Source of the DNA: an uncultured Prochlorococcus sp.
GTDB lineage: Bacteria; Cyanobacteriota; Cyanobacteriia; PCC-6307; Cyanobiaceae
Assembly (NCBI GenBank): GCA_902596585.1
Contig: CACJUL010000001.1
Coordinates: 16,659-80,658 of the forward strand
Direction: 5' to 3'
DNA length: 64,000 nt
Part shown: piece after piece, positions 1 through 10,920 of the stretch
Layout of the letters: each line of letters begins with the position of its first letter
Numbering within the stretch: the first letter of the stretch is position 1
Notes under the pieces: model-generated
Told to the model about the DNA's origin: nothing
Databases searched by the model: none
Seen by the model: only the letters and a program-made list of their open reading frames with translations
Program-made: the position numbers and the translations under genes

Positions 1-951
1 GATTTAGAGGATCCTGTTTTAACGGCAAGAGTTATAAGATTTGAGAGACAATCGGTCATTATGGGAGTTAGTTCGGGTATTGGCAGACCTGAAGTAGAAG
101 CCGAACTTCCCAAGAGAGATCAATTGCCAAATGATAATTATAGGGCAAATGCAACTTTCAAAGTATTTCTTAAAGAAGTTAGTGAAATAGCTAGAAAAGG
201 ACCACAACTTTTTGTAAGTAGAGCTAACGCTGGTTTAGTAGTTTATTTATTTGAAAATGAAGTACCTGAAATTCAAGAAGGTACAGTAAAAATTGTTGCT
301 GTTTCTAGAGAGGCAAACCCTCCTTCAAGAGCTGTTGGACCAAGAACAAAAGTAGCTGTTGATAGTGTCGAACAAGAAGTCGACCCTGTAGGTGCGTGTA
401 TTGGAGCTAGAGGCGCAAGGATTCAACAAGTAGTTAATGAATTAAGAGGAGAAAAAATCGATGTAATTAAATGGTCATCTGATCCAATACAGTATATTTT
501 AAACTCTTTAAGTCCCGCAAAAGTTGATCTAGTGAGACTTGTCGACCCAGAAGGGCAACATGCTCACGTACTAGTTCCTCCTGATCAATTAAGTCTCGCA
601 ATTGGTAGGGAAGGTCAAAATGTAAGACTTGCTGCAAGATTAACTGGTTGGAAGATTGATGTTAAGAACTCACATGAATATGATCAGGAAACAGAAGATG
701 CTGCAGTGTCTGAATTAATCACTCAGAGGGAAGATGAAGAAAAACTACAGCGAGAAGCTGAGCTGCGATTGGAAGCTGAACAAGCAGAGCGGGCGGCAGA
801 AGATGCAAGATTAAGAGAACTTTATCCTCTCCCTGAAGATGATCTAGAGTATGGAGAAGAACAATATGAAGGAGAAGATTTATCAAATGATGAACAATTA
901 CAGAATGTTCAAGAGAGTGAAATATCCGCAAATGAGGAGAGAAAACGGTGA
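1..951 (+). CDS. nusA: Transcription termination/antitermination factor NusA (5'-truncated by window edge)
   Basis: Frame is open from base 1 (DLEDPVLTARVIRFERQ...). S1/KH motifs GACIGARGARI and AIGREGQNVRLA are present, and the gene lies upstream of ylxR-infB. Confidence 0.98.
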   Translation, partial: DLEDPVLTARVIRFERQSVIMGVSSGIGRPEVEAELPKRDQLPNDNYRANATFKVFLKEVSEIARKGPQLFVSRANAGLVVYLFENEVPEIQEGTVKIVAVSREANPPSRAVGPRTKVAVDSVEQEVDPVGACIGARGARIQQVVNELRGEKIDVIKWSSDPIQYILNSLSPAKVDLVRLVDPEGQHAHVLVPPDQLSLAIGREGQNVRLAARLTGWKIDVKNSHEYDQETEDAAVSELITQREDEEKLQREAELRLEAEQAERAAEDARLRELYPLPEDDLEYGEEQYEGEDLSNDEQLQNVQESEISANEERKR

Positions 952-1232
952 TTCAAAAAAATCCTGTTTTGCGTATGTGCATTTCATGTAGAAAAACATA
1001 TGACAGGAAAAATCTTTTAAAGATTACCAATGATCCTAAGCTAGGCATCATGTTTCAAAAAGGGATGGGGCGATCAGCTTACATTTGCAATTCCCAAGAA
1101 TGTTCTACAGATTCCAAGATAAAGAAAAAGCTTCAAAAAGCTTTAAAAACATCTTTAGATTCTGAACTTATTGATATCCTTGAAAAGAAATTACAAGCCA
1201 CAATCAGAATCCCGATAAGGGAATATAATTAA
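948..1232 (+). CDS. ylxR: YlxR/DUF448 family RNA-binding protein (C-terminus possibly frameshifted)
   Basis: R-x-CxxCR and GRSAYIC motifs; canonical position between nusA and infB; GTGA start/stop overlap with nusA. Confidence 0.9.
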   Translation: MIQKNPVLRMCISCRKTYDRKNLLKITNDPKLGIMFQKGMGRSAYICNSQECSTDSKIKKKLQKALKTSLDSELIDILEKKLQATIRIPIREYN

Positions 1233-1277
1233 ATTAAATTCTCTTTAATTTCATAAAAAGAGTCCAAATCAGATTAA

Positions 1278-4200
1278 ATGACTATCAGCGATAAAATCAG
1301 AATTTACGAACTTTCCAGAGACTTAAATCTGGAAAATAAAGATATATTAGATGCCGCTCAAAAACTTTCAATTACAGTAAAAAGCCATAGCAGTTCTATT
1401 AGTGCAGAGGACGCAAAAAAAATTAAAAATCTTATTAATAAAAAAACTACTTCAGATAAAAAAATTCTCTCTATTAATAAATCTACAATTGAAAAAGATA
1501 ATTACAAGCAAAAAGAAGATAAATCTAATGTTGACAGCACTTTAAAAGGAAAATCCCCAAAAGATAATTCAAACAAAAAACCATTATTGATAAAACCTCT
1601 TAATAAACCTGAAAGTCTAAAAATAATTTCAAATCAAACTAAAAATCCCATTAAACCGAATATTCTTGGGAGATCTCAATCTCAATCTCAAGCAAACCCT
1701 ACAAATAAAAATACAAAAATTAAACCTCCACAAAATTTCAACCCAAGTAAACTAACACCACGTGATAATACAACTACACCTCTCAAAAATCCAGCAAAAC
1801 CACCTATCCAATTAATTGCAAAGCCTAAAAATAACAACAATAATATTAAATCAAATGAATCTTCGAATAATACCTACGATTCAGGAGAAAAAAGGCAACA
1901 AACAAACAAAAACATTCAAAATAACAACAAACCTAAAACAAAAAACTTTAATAGCAGAGTAAATCCACCTGAGCTCGTGGGAGCTCCGATAAGGAGGGAC
2001 GATCTTAATAAGCAAAATAATAGGCAAAATATCTCCAGCAGAACAGGTTCTCCCAACAGAATTGGCATGCCCAATAGACCTGGATCCAAAAATAAACCAT
2101 CAGATCAAGGCAGACCTGGTTCATTTAATAGACAAGTTAATTCCAACAGACCTGGTATGCCCAATAGACCTGGACTGAAATACAATGATCAAAAGTCTTC
2201 TGGGATTAGGAAACCAGTATCACCCAATGAACTTTTAAAACTTCAAAAAAATAATTCTGAGAAAGACAAAATAAAGTCAAATAATAACGAAAAGCAACAT
2301 GTTGAGACCTCCAAGCATAAGGCTAAAGCTCCTAATAATCGCCCAAATGCTGCTCTAACTTCCAAAAAACCACCCCATAGAGCATTCTCAAATAGTTCAA
2401 AAAAAACAGGGAAGACAGATTGGGATGACAGCGCAAAACTGGATGCATTAAGAAATAAGAATCCACAGAAACAGAGACAAAAGGTTCATATTATTGGTGA
2501 AAATGATGATTCATTAACATCTGAAACAAGTGGATACTCAGGCGAAAAAACTTCAATATTATCCGCAAGTTTGGCGCGTCCAAAGAAAGAAAAGGCTGAT
2601 GAGTCGAAATCTCAAAAATCTATTAAGCAATTTAAAAAAAAGAAAAAAGAAACTACAAGACAAAGGCAAAAAAGAAGAGCAATGGAATTAAAGGCTGCTA
2701 AAGAAGCCAAACAAGTAAGACCTGAGATGATAATAGTTCCCGAAGATAATTTAACAGTTCAAGAATTAGCTGATAAATTAAGTCTTGAAAGTTCTGAAAT
2801 AATAAAATCTCTTTTCTTTAAAGGAATAACGGCAACTGTAACTCAGTCACTTGACTTGGCAACTATTGAAACAGTAGCAGAGGAATTTGGAGTACCTGTT
2901 TTGCAAGATGATATTCAAGAAGCTGCTGAAAAAACAGTAGATATGATTGAGTCTGAGGATATTGATAATCTAATAAAAAGACCACCTGTCATTACAGTAA
3001 TGGGTCATGTAGATCATGGCAAAACAAGTCTTTTAGATTCCATCAGAGAGTCAAGAGTAGCTTCTGGAGAAGCAGGAGGTATAACTCAACATATAGGAGC
3101 TTATCAAGTTGAATTTAAACATGAATCTAAAGCGAAAAAATTAACTTTTCTTGATACACCTGGGCATGAAGCCTTTACTGCAATGAGAGCAAGGGGTACA
3201 AAGGTTACCGATGTAGCAGTTCTTGTCGTAGCGGCAGATGATGGCTGTAGACCTCAAACACTTGAGGCCATTAGTCATGCAAGGGCTGCAAAAGTACCAA
3301 TTGTGGTTGCAATAAATAAAATTGATAAAGAAGGGGCATCTCCAGATAAAGTAAAGCAGGAACTATCAGAAAAAGATTTAATTGCTGAAGATTGGGGAGG
3401 AGATACTGTGATGGTTCCAGTAAGTGCAATCAAAAAACAAAATATTGATAAATTGCTCGAAATGATTTTATTAGTTTCAGATGTTGAAGATCTACAAGCT
3501 AATCCAAATAGAGCTGCTAAAGGAACTGTTATCGAAGCCCATCTAGATAAAGCTAAAGGTCCAGTAGCTACTTTGTTAGTTCAAAATGGTACTTTAAAAT
3601 CCGGAAATGTTTTAGCAGCAGGTTCAGTTCTCGGTAAAATTAGAGCGATGGTTGATGAACATGGCAATAGAATAAAAGAAGCAGGACCGTCATTCCCAGT
3701 GGAAGCGCTAGGATTCAGTGAAGTCCCAACTGCAGGCGATGAATTTGAAGTCTATCCTGATGAAAAAACTGCTAGAGCAATTGTTGGAGATAGAGCTACT
3801 GATGCTCGAGCGACAAAGTTAGCTCAGCAAATGGCCTCTAGGAGAGTTAGCCTATCATCTTTATCTACTCAAGCAAATGATGGGGAATTAAAAGAGTTAA
3901 ACTTAATCCTCAAAGCTGATGTTCAAGGTAGTGTTGAAGCGATATTGGGTTCACTTGAGCAGTTGCCAAAAAATGAAGTTCAAGTCAGAGTTCTGTTATC
4001 TGCGCCTGGAGAAATAACTGAAACAGATATAGATCTTGCAGCTGCATCAGGTTCAGTAATTATTGGTTTTAATACTTCTTTAGCATCAGGTGCGAAGAGG
4101 GCAGCCGATGCAAATGATGTAGACATAAGAGAATATGAAGTAATTTATAAACTCTTAGAAGATATTCAATTAGCAATGGAAGGTCTACTTGAACCCGATC

Positions 4201-4505
4201 TTGTAGAAGAATCATTGGGTCAAGCTGAAGTAAGAGCAACTTTCTCAGTCGGCAAAGGAGCTATCGCAGGTTGTTATATTCAAACTGGTAAATTACAAAG
4301 AAATTGTTCTCTAAGAGTTGTCAGATCAAACAAAGTAATTTTTGAGGGTAATTTAGACTCTCTAAAAAGGGCCAAAGATGATGTAAAAGAAGTAAATACA
4401 GGATTTGAATGTGGAGTTGGCTGCGATAAATTCTCTTCATGGATTGAAGGAGACATAATCGAAGCATTCAAATTTGTTACTCAAAAAAGAACTTTAACTC
4501 AATAG
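1278..4505 (+). CDS. infB: Translation initiation factor IF-2
   Basis: N-terminal [10 protein letters not shown]; G-domain [16 protein letters not shown] and NKID; long low-complexity N-terminal region. Confidence 0.99.
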   Translation: MTISDKIRIYELSRDLNLENKDILDAAQKLSITVKSHSSSISAEDAKKIKNLINKKTTSDKKILSINKSTIEKDNYKQKEDKSNVDSTLKGKSPKDNSNKKPLLIKPLNKPESLKIISNQTKNPIKPNILGRSQSQSQANPTNKNTKIKPPQNFNPSKLTPRDNTTTPLKNPAKPPIQLIAKPKNNNNNIKSNESSNNTYDSGEKRQQTNKNIQNNNKPKTKNFNSRVNPPELVGAPIRRDDLNKQNNRQNISSRTGSPNRIGMPNRPGSKNKPSDQGRPGSFNRQVNSNRPGMPNRPGLKYNDQKSSGIRKPVSPNELLKLQKNNSEKDKIKSNNNEKQHVETSKHKAKAPNNRPNAALTSKKPPHRAFSNSSKKTGKTDWDDSAKLDALRNKNPQKQRQKVHIIGENDDSLTSETSGYSGEKTSILSASLARPKKEKADESKSQKSIKQFKKKKKETTRQRQKRRAMELKAAKEAKQVRPEMIIVPEDNLTVQELADKLSLESSEIIKSLFFKGITATVTQSLDLATIETVAEEFGVPVLQDDIQEAAEKTVDMIESEDIDNLIKRPPVITVMGHVDHGKTSLLDSIRESRVASGEAGGITQHIGAYQVEFKHESKAKKLTFLDTPGHEAFTAMRARGTKVTDVAVLVVAADDGCRPQTLEAISHARAAKVPIVVAINKIDKEGASPDKVKQELSEKDLIAEDWGGDTVMVPVSAIKKQNIDKLLEMILLVSDVEDLQANPNRAAKGTVIEAHLDKAKGPVATLLVQNGTLKSGNVLAAGSVLGKIRAMVDEHGNRIKEAGPSFPVEALGFSEVPTAGDEFEVYPDEKTARAIVGDRATDARATKLAQQMASRRVSLSSLSTQANDGELKELNLILKADVQGSVEAILGSLEQLPKNEVQVRVLLSAPGEITETDIDLAAASGSVIIGFNTSLASGAKRAADANDVDIREYEVIYKLLEDIQLAMEGLLEPDLVEESLGQAEVRATFSVGKGAIAGCYIQTGKLQRNCSLRVVRSNKVIFEGNLDSLKRAKDDVKEVNTGFECGVGCDKFSSWIEGDIIEAFKFVTQKRTLTQ
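2053..2174 (+). repeat. Imperfect 32-bp direct repeat inside infB (NRxGMPNRPG peptide repeat)
   Basis: ccaacaga..tgg.atgcccaatagacctgga at 2053-2084 and 2143-2174, 90 bp apart. Confidence 0.85.
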
Positions 4506-4522
4506 TTTAGATAATGAACTTT

Positions 4523-4771
4523 TTAATCTTGATTCTTATCAAGGAATAATAAAGTAGGAAAAACTATACAAGCACCAAGTTGTATTAGAAGGTTATTTTG
4601 TTGAAATTCACTTCCGCTAGAAATTTGAGAAAGCATTATTATAAGACCCAAAAAAGCCGAGCCACTAAAAGCTATCCACAATATTCTTCTTAATCCCTTG
4701 AAAGGAGTCTGGGATTCCTTAAGTAATTTTTTTTTTAATTCAGGATCTATTTTTGACATAAATTCTTTCAA
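4523..4771 (-). CDS. Small cyanobacterial membrane protein (DUF3493-like)
   Basis: LLKESQTPFKGLRR followed by two hydrophobic helices; true start may be MSKIDPE at 4759. Confidence 0.7.
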   Translation of the reverse strand: MKEFMSKIDPELKKKLLKESQTPFKGLRRILWIAFSGSAFLGLIIMLSQISSGSEFQQNNLLIQLGACIVFPTLLFLDKNQD

Positions 4772-4814
4772 TTATAAAATTAAGTTTACACGCAAATTTT
4801 AATATTTTAATAGC

Positions 4815-4886
4815 GTCGATATAGCTCAGCGGTAGAGCAACTGTTTCGTAAACAGTAGGTCATTGGTTCAATCCCGATTATCGGCA
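4815..4886 (+). tRNA. tRNA-Thr (anticodon CGT)
   Basis: Cloverleaf: acceptor GTCGATA/TATCGGC, D-arm GCTC/GAGC, anticodon arm ACTGT-TTCGTAA-ACAGT, T-arm ATTGG-TTCAATC-CCGAT. No encoded CCA. Confidence 0.95.
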
Positions 4887-4910
4887 TCTTAAAAGCAAAT
4901 TTTAAAAAGA

Positions 4911-6464
4911 ATGATGAATAAAATTTTAAAAAATAAATATCTTTTTAAGATATTTATTTTTATTCCTCTAATATTTTATTTTGGCAAAAGAAGTTATATT
5001 GCTTTTGATGAAGGATTTTATGCATTACAAGCTAGATGGATACTGGACAAAGGCAACTGGACAATTCCTCTTTGGTGGGATGAATATGTTTTAGACAGAA
5101 CTATAGGATTACAGTATTTAATTGCAAAAGCACAAGTCATCTTTGGAAGAAATATGTTTGCAGCATATCTGCCAACGACAACTGCTGCGATATTGATGCT
5201 ATTTATAACCTACAAATTACATGAAGAATTTTTTAGTAAGAAATATGCAATTATATCCCCACTAATATTATCTACAACATATCTATGGTTTGACTATTCA
5301 CACTTAGCCACGCAAGATATCATTTATTCATGTTTAGTAACCATTGGAGTATTTTCTTTAATAAAGATAAAAACCAAAGAAAATAACCTGTATATTCTGC
5401 TTTTTGGTATTTGGATAGGTTTGTCTTTTATGATGAAAACTTTTCTAGTATTTGTACCTTTATTATCACTTTTTCCATATATTTATTTAAAGAAAAATCT
5501 TATATTCAATAAATTGTTCTGGTTTGGACTACTTATTGGTTTTATACCATACTTATTTTGGTCTCTCTCTATAAACCCATATTTAGACAAAAACATTATT
5601 TTTTACTTAGTTGAAAAATTTAACATTCTTTCGAATAAAAATGCTTTTACAAATCCTTTCTATTATTATTTTTGGAATATTCCTTTAACATTCCTACCAT
5701 GGAGTGTTTTTGCAATTATTGGTATAGTACTCAATATTTTCGAGATTAAAGAGAATAAATATATTCTTGCCATTTTCCCCTTAATTTTGATAACTATTCA
5801 AAGTATTTTTTCTACGAAAACTCCTTACTATAATCTACAAATATCGTCTATTATGGCACTTAATACTTATGTAGGAATAAAATATTTATTTAACTCCAAA
5901 AGATATAAAATAGTATTTATATTTACAGCCTCAAAGATAATTCCAATTTTAATAGTTATCATATCTTTTACTTATTATTTTTTCTTTAAAAATACGACGG
6001 ATTTTAACTTTAAAGAAAATACCTTGCTAATTCTTGGATTATTATTTTTTGGACTATCTTGGTCATTCATAAAACATAAACAATCATTCAAAAAAACACT
6101 TATAACTCTTATCGTTGGACCTTATTTACTAACTTCTTTTCTATTGCAATCAGGATTATTTACTGATAGAGCTAGAGCACTGAGAGAAACAATGGAAGAT
6201 GTATCATTTATTAATCTAGTAAAAGATCAGCCCATAAATATAGATAAAAAAGGCATAAATAATGCCGTATCCCAATCAAAAATCATAAGAATTTCTTTAT
6301 TAACGCCTAAATTAGGAAATAGTGTAGCAAACATAGATCAGTTAAAGAAATCAGAATTAGCATGGACAACTGAATCTAAAGAAATAAAAAACAATAATAA
6401 TTCTTACGAAGTTGTATATGAGAATGATATTCTAAAACCTTGGAAATTAATATTAAAAAAGTAA
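4911..6464 (+). CDS. ArnT/PMT-like (GT-C fold) membrane glycosyltransferase
   Basis: Polytopic hydrophobic protein with DEGFY near the N-terminus, MMK and PFYYY motifs. Confidence 0.85.
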   Translation: MMNKILKNKYLFKIFIFIPLIFYFGKRSYIAFDEGFYALQARWILDKGNWTIPLWWDEYVLDRTIGLQYLIAKAQVIFGRNMFAAYLPTTTAAILMLFITYKLHEEFFSKKYAIISPLILSTTYLWFDYSHLATQDIIYSCLVTIGVFSLIKIKTKENNLYILLFGIWIGLSFMMKTFLVFVPLLSLFPYIYLKKNLIFNKLFWFGLLIGFIPYLFWSLSINPYLDKNIIFYLVEKFNILSNKNAFTNPFYYYFWNIPLTFLPWSVFAIIGIVLNIFEIKENKYILAIFPLILITIQSIFSTKTPYYNLQISSIMALNTYVGIKYLFNSKRYKIVFIFTASKIIPILIVIISFTYYFFFKNTTDFNFKENTLLILGLLFFGLSWSFIKHKQSFKKTLITLIVGPYLLTSFLLQSGLFTDRARALRETMEDVSFINLVKDQPINIDKKGINNAVSQSKIIRISLLTPKLGNSVANIDQLKKSELAWTTESKEIKNNNNSYEVVYENDILKPWKLILKK

Positions 6465-6509
6465 ACAAGACAAACAAATTAAATTGTTTTTATCAAACTT
6501 TATGAAGTA

Positions 6510-7601
6510 ATGAAATCAGTAAATTCTTGGAATTTAACAAACAATAAACTGCATCAATTATTTAAAAATAATAACGAATTTATTTCGATTAAAGTCCGTG
6601 GTAATACTTGGGAGCCAATAACTAGATGGCTAAAATTAGATTCAAGAATTTTCAAAGAAACTACTAACAAAGCAAGGATAACTTTGTGCGATATTGAATC
6701 TCTTGCCGAAATTTATAACTACAGATCTATTAGATGGAAAGCAAAAAAATTGACACCTTTACCAACCAATTTCATCCCGCAATCTTTAAAAAATATTTTT
6801 CGCAAACTTCCAATCATCAAACAACTTGCTTATGAACTTGAAATAGTTTTTTATAAATATAGTGAAAATAATTCCAACCATTTAATTTCTATAGTGATTC
6901 CCGCAAGAAATGAAGCTGGGAATAAAGAACTTTTAATAAACGCATTAAATAAGTTCAAAAGTATCCCTAACAAATTAGAAATTATATTCGTAGAAGGGAA
7001 TAGTAATGATGATACTTATGAAATACTAAAAAAATTAAAAGAAGATTTCTCAAATTTCTTCGAGATATCTCTTTTAAAACAAACTTCTAAAGGTAAGAAA
7101 AATGCTGTAGTAGATGGATTTAATATTTCTTCAGGTGAAACTCTCGCCATAATTGATAGTGATTTTACTGTAGATATTGACGACAGTATTGCAGCTATTA
7201 TGGAATCAACCAAAAATGAAAATATCTTAATTAATTGTGCCCGCACAACCTTCCCTATGGAAAAAGATGCAATGAGGTGGGCTAACTATATAGGAAATAG
7301 ACTTTTCGCAATATTTTTATCAATTCTCATTAATAAGCCGGTATCGGATTCACTTTGTGGAACAAAAGTTTTTTCAAGAAAATTCTTTAAGCGTATGAAA
7401 CAAAACGGCAGTTGGGATTCCAAGTCTGATCCATTTGGAGACTTCACAATAATATTTGAAGCAGCAAATAATAATATCAAAATACTTAATTACCCAGTTA
7501 GATATTATGCTAGGAAATCTGGGGCACCAAACATATCTAGATGGATCGACGGATTAAAACTTCTAAGAGTATGCTGGATTTATATGATTTCTGATCTTTG
7601 A
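6510..7601 (+). CDS. Glycosyltransferase family 2 (polyprenol-phosphate glycosyltransferase-like) with an extra N-terminal domain
   Basis: SIVIPARNEAGN, EGNSND, GKKNAV, DSD (DxD), DSLCGTK and DPFGDF motifs. Confidence 0.9.
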   Translation: MKSVNSWNLTNNKLHQLFKNNNEFISIKVRGNTWEPITRWLKLDSRIFKETTNKARITLCDIESLAEIYNYRSIRWKAKKLTPLPTNFIPQSLKNIFRKLPIIKQLAYELEIVFYKYSENNSNHLISIVIPARNEAGNKELLINALNKFKSIPNKLEIIFVEGNSNDDTYEILKKLKEDFSNFFEISLLKQTSKGKKNAVVDGFNISSGETLAIIDSDFTVDIDDSIAAIMESTKNENILINCARTTFPMEKDAMRWANYIGNRLFAIFLSILINKPVSDSLCGTKVFSRKFFKRMKQNGSWDSKSDPFGDFTIIFEAANNNIKILNYPVRYYARKSGAPNISRWIDGLKLLRVCWIYMISDL

Positions 7602-7678
7602 ATTTAAGAAAATTTTCAGTAACATTTTCTACAGATTTTTAATTTCGCCAAATTAGTAATAAAGTAGTTAGATTCTTA

Positions 7679-9328
7679 ATGAAGATAAATTCATTAGAAT
7701 TTTATGTCATGAATTTTAATTTCGAGTTCAAAAAATTAAACAAAAAAGATATTCACAGAAAGGACTATGGAAAAATTCTTACTGTAAGACTTCCGTGTAA
7801 CCCAATATTTCCAATAGGACCGATTTATTTAGCAGACCATATTCATAAATGTTTCCCAAGTATCGAGCAGCAATTTATCGATCTAGCAATAATTCCTTCT
7901 AATAAAGTTTCCAAATATTTAATTAGAAAAATTGATCAATTTAGACCCCATCTAATCATTTTTTCATGGAGAGATATACAAATTTATGCACCTGTTGATG
8001 GTAGAAGTGGAAATCCTCTACAAAACTCTTTTGAAGTTTTCTACTCAAAAAATATCCTTAAAAAAATTAGAGGTTCCTGGGGAGGACTAAAATTAATTGC
8101 ATCTCATTATGGAGAAATATATAGAAATACTTCTTTACTCAAAATGGGACTAAAAAGAGCACAAAAATACAATAAAAATGTAAAAGTAATTTTAGGAGGT
8201 GGGGCTGTTAGTGTCTTCTATGAACAATTAGGAAATCTACTCCCAAAAGGAACTATTATTTCAGTTGGAGAGGGAGAAAATCTCATAGAAAAAATCATTA
8301 AGGGAGATTCAATAGAAGAAGAAAGATGTTACATTGCTGGACAAAAACCTCGGAACAAATTAATACATGAACAACCTTCAGGCACTGTTAAAACTGCCTG
8401 CAACTATAAATATATTAAATCAATATGGCCTGAATTCGATTGGTATATAGAAGGAGGGGATTATTACGTAGGGGTACAAACAAAAAGAGGCTGTCCTCAT
8501 AATTGTTGTTTCTGTGTTTACACAGTTGTTGAAGGGAAGCAGGTTCGCGTTAATCCTGTTAACGAAGTAATCAAGGAAATGAAGCAATTATATGATCTTG
8601 GAGTAAGGGGATTTTGGTTCACAGATGCACAGTTTATTCCAGCCAAAAAACATATTGAAGATGCAAAAACACTTTTGCAAGCAATTAAGGACCAAGGGTG
8701 GGACGATATTAATTGGGCTGCATACATTAGAGCAGATAATATTGATTCTGAGCTAGCTCAGCTTATGGTTGATACAGGTATGAGCTATTTTGAAATAGGT
8801 ATCACCTCGGGATCTCAAGAACTTGTAAGAAAAATGAGATTAGCGTATGACCTGGAAACTGTATTAGATAATTGCAGAATGCTAGTCAAATCAGGTTTCA
8901 AGAATCATGTTTCAGTCAATTATTCATTTAATGTTTTTGATGAAACGCCCAGCACCATAAGACAAACAATTGCTTACCATAGAGAATTAGAAAATATTTT
9001 TGGTAAAGGCTTAGTTGATCCAGCTATATTCTTTATAGGTTTGCAACCTCACACTCTTCTTGAGAAGTACGCTTTGGAGCATAAAATTTTGAAGCCAGAT
9101 TATAATCCAATGAGCATGATGCCATGGACAGCGAGAAAACTTCTCTGGAATCCAGGATCACTTGGGAAAAAACTTGGTCAGGTTTGCTTAGAAGCTTTTG
9201 ATAATCCAGAAGACGAATTTGGCAAAACAGTTATCGATATTCTTGAGAGAGAATATGGAAAGTCTTCCTTAAAAGAATCTCTAAAAGTCCGTCCTTTATC
9301 AGAAAGAAAATTAGCTCACTCTAAATAA
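7679..9328 (+). CDS. B12-binding-domain radical SAM protein (Slr0320-like, PSII high-light acclimation family)
   Basis: CPHNCCFC (CxxxCxxC) after TKRG; N-terminal RLPCNPIFPIG. Alternative start at 7709. Confidence 0.85.
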   Translation: MKINSLEFYVMNFNFEFKKLNKKDIHRKDYGKILTVRLPCNPIFPIGPIYLADHIHKCFPSIEQQFIDLAIIPSNKVSKYLIRKIDQFRPHLIIFSWRDIQIYAPVDGRSGNPLQNSFEVFYSKNILKKIRGSWGGLKLIASHYGEIYRNTSLLKMGLKRAQKYNKNVKVILGGGAVSVFYEQLGNLLPKGTIISVGEGENLIEKIIKGDSIEEERCYIAGQKPRNKLIHEQPSGTVKTACNYKYIKSIWPEFDWYIEGGDYYVGVQTKRGCPHNCCFCVYTVVEGKQVRVNPVNEVIKEMKQLYDLGVRGFWFTDAQFIPAKKHIEDAKTLLQAIKDQGWDDINWAAYIRADNIDSELAQLMVDTGMSYFEIGITSGSQELVRKMRLAYDLETVLDNCRMLVKSGFKNHVSVNYSFNVFDETPSTIRQTIAYHRELENIFGKGLVDPAIFFIGLQPHTLLEKYALEHKILKPDYNPMSMMPWTARKLLWNPGSLGKKLGQVCLEAFDNPEDEFGKTVIDILEREYGKSSLKESLKVRPLSERKLAHSK

Positions 9329-9343
9329 TAAATTCATCCGTTA

Positions 9344-9661
9344 TTAATCCTCTTTCTCAATTGAACTAGAAATTCCTTTAGATTTTAAAGATTCTGAGTA
9401 GAATTCTGCTGGCTCTAAGTCACAAACAATTACTAAACCCACGCCCGTATTGTGTGCTTCAAGCATTATTGCAATAGCATCTTGTTCACTTAATTGCGGA
9501 ACAACTTCTCGCAGTGAAATAGTGACATACTCCATAGAATTAACCGGATCATTATGAAGTAAAACCTTATATTTTGGAGATTTATTTTTTAATTCTGCAG
9601 GTTTCTTTTCAATCACTGCTGAGTTATTATTTGCACTTTGTTCTAACTTTATAGATAGCAT
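9344..9661 (-). CDS. clpS: ATP-dependent Clp protease adaptor ClpS
   Basis: YKVLLHNDPVNSMEYV and MLEAHNTG motifs. Confidence 0.95.
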   Translation of the reverse strand: MLSIKLEQSANNNSAVIEKKPAELKNKSPKYKVLLHNDPVNSMEYVTISLREVVPQLSEQDAIAIMLEAHNTGVGLVIVCDLEPAEFYSESLKSKGISSSIEKED

Positions 9662-9693
9662 TGAATTTATTAAAGTTTAAATTGTACTAATTA

Positions 9694-10920
9694 TTATATA
9701 TTAATTATTCTTTCCATTGCATCAAGGACGTTTGATCGTGAGTTAAATGCTGACAAGCGAAAATAACCCTCCCCTGCTAATCCAAATCCGCTTCCAGGTG
9801 TTCCCACTACACTAACTTTTTGGAGAAGGAAATCAAAAAAGTCCCAAGATGTCATTTGATCTGGAACTTTAATCCAAATATAAGGAGCATTGTCCCCACC
9901 AAAAACTTTATATCCTGCAGTCTGAAGTTTATTCTTCATAATTTTTGCATTTTCCATATAAAAATCAATTAAACCTTTTACCTGTTTTTTCCCTTCTGGA
10001 GAATAAACAGCCTCTGCACCTTTCTGAACCACATAACTTACTCCATTGAACTTTGTAGATTGTCGCCTATTCCAAAGAGGCCATAACTCAATTTCCTCAT
10101 TTATTGAACTGAAACCTTTGAGATCCTTGGGTATTACTGTAAAAGCGCATCTAACTCCAGTAAATCCTGCATTCTTTGAAAAAGATCTAAATTCAATAGC
10201 ACAATCCTTTGCCCCTTCAATCTCATATATTGAATGTGGAATATCATTATCTTGGATAAATGCTTCATAAGCTGCATCAAAAAGTATCAGAGATTTGTTT
10301 TGAAGCGCATAGTCAACCCACTTTTTCAATTCTTTTTTTGTGATAGTTGCTCCAGTAGGATTATTTGGAAAACAAAGATATAAAATATCAACTTTTTTTT
10401 CAGGTAGTTTTGGCAAAAAGTTGTTCCCCTCGTTTATTGCTAGATATGTTAAACCTTGATAAGTACCATTTTCGAGAGCTTCTCCAGTTCTGCCTGTCAT
10501 GACGTTACTATCAACATATACAGGATAAACAGGATCTGTTACAGCAATTGAATTATCTTTGCCAAGAATATCTAAAATATTACTACTATCGCATTTAGAA
10601 CCATCTGAAACAAAGATTTCTTCAGGTGAAATTTGACAGCCTCGAGAAATAAAATCATGCTCAGATATTTTTTCTCTCAGCCAAGAATAACCTTGTTCTG
10701 GTCCATAACCCTTGAAACCTTCAGTAGTTCCCATTTCATTTAAAGCTTTAGCCATTGCATCTCTACATGCTTTAGGTAAAGGCTCTGTGACGTCTCCTAT
10801 ACCAAGCTTGATTATGTTAGAACTGTTATTTGATTGAGAATATAACTTTACCCTTTTGGCAATCTCAGGAAATAAATAACCAGCTTTGAGTTTTAAATAA
10901 TTTTCGTTTACTTGAACCAC
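9694..10920 (-). CDS. dapL: LL-diaminopimelate aminotransferase
   Basis: [25 protein letters not shown]-lysine motif [12 protein letters not shown]; GTG start. Confidence 0.97.
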   Translation of the reverse strand: MVQVNENYLKLKAGYLFPEIAKRVKLYSQSNNSSNIIKLGIGDVTEPLPKACRDAMAKALNEMGTTEGFKGYGPEQGYSWLREKISEHDFISRGCQISPEEIFVSDGSKCDSSNILDILGKDNSIAVTDPVYPVYVDSNVMTGRTGEALENGTYQGLTYLAINEGNNFLPKLPEKKVDILYLCFPNNPTGATITKKELKKWVDYALQNKSLILFDAAYEAFIQDNDIPHSIYEIEGAKDCAIEFRSFSKNAGFTGVRCAFTVIPKDLKGFSSINEEIELWPLWNRRQSTKFNGVSYVVQKGAEAVYSPEGKKQVKGLIDFYMENAKIMKNKLQTAGYKVFGGDNAPYIWIKVPDQMTSWDFFDFLLQKVSVVGTPGSGFGLAGEGYFRLSAFNSRSNVLDAMERIINI

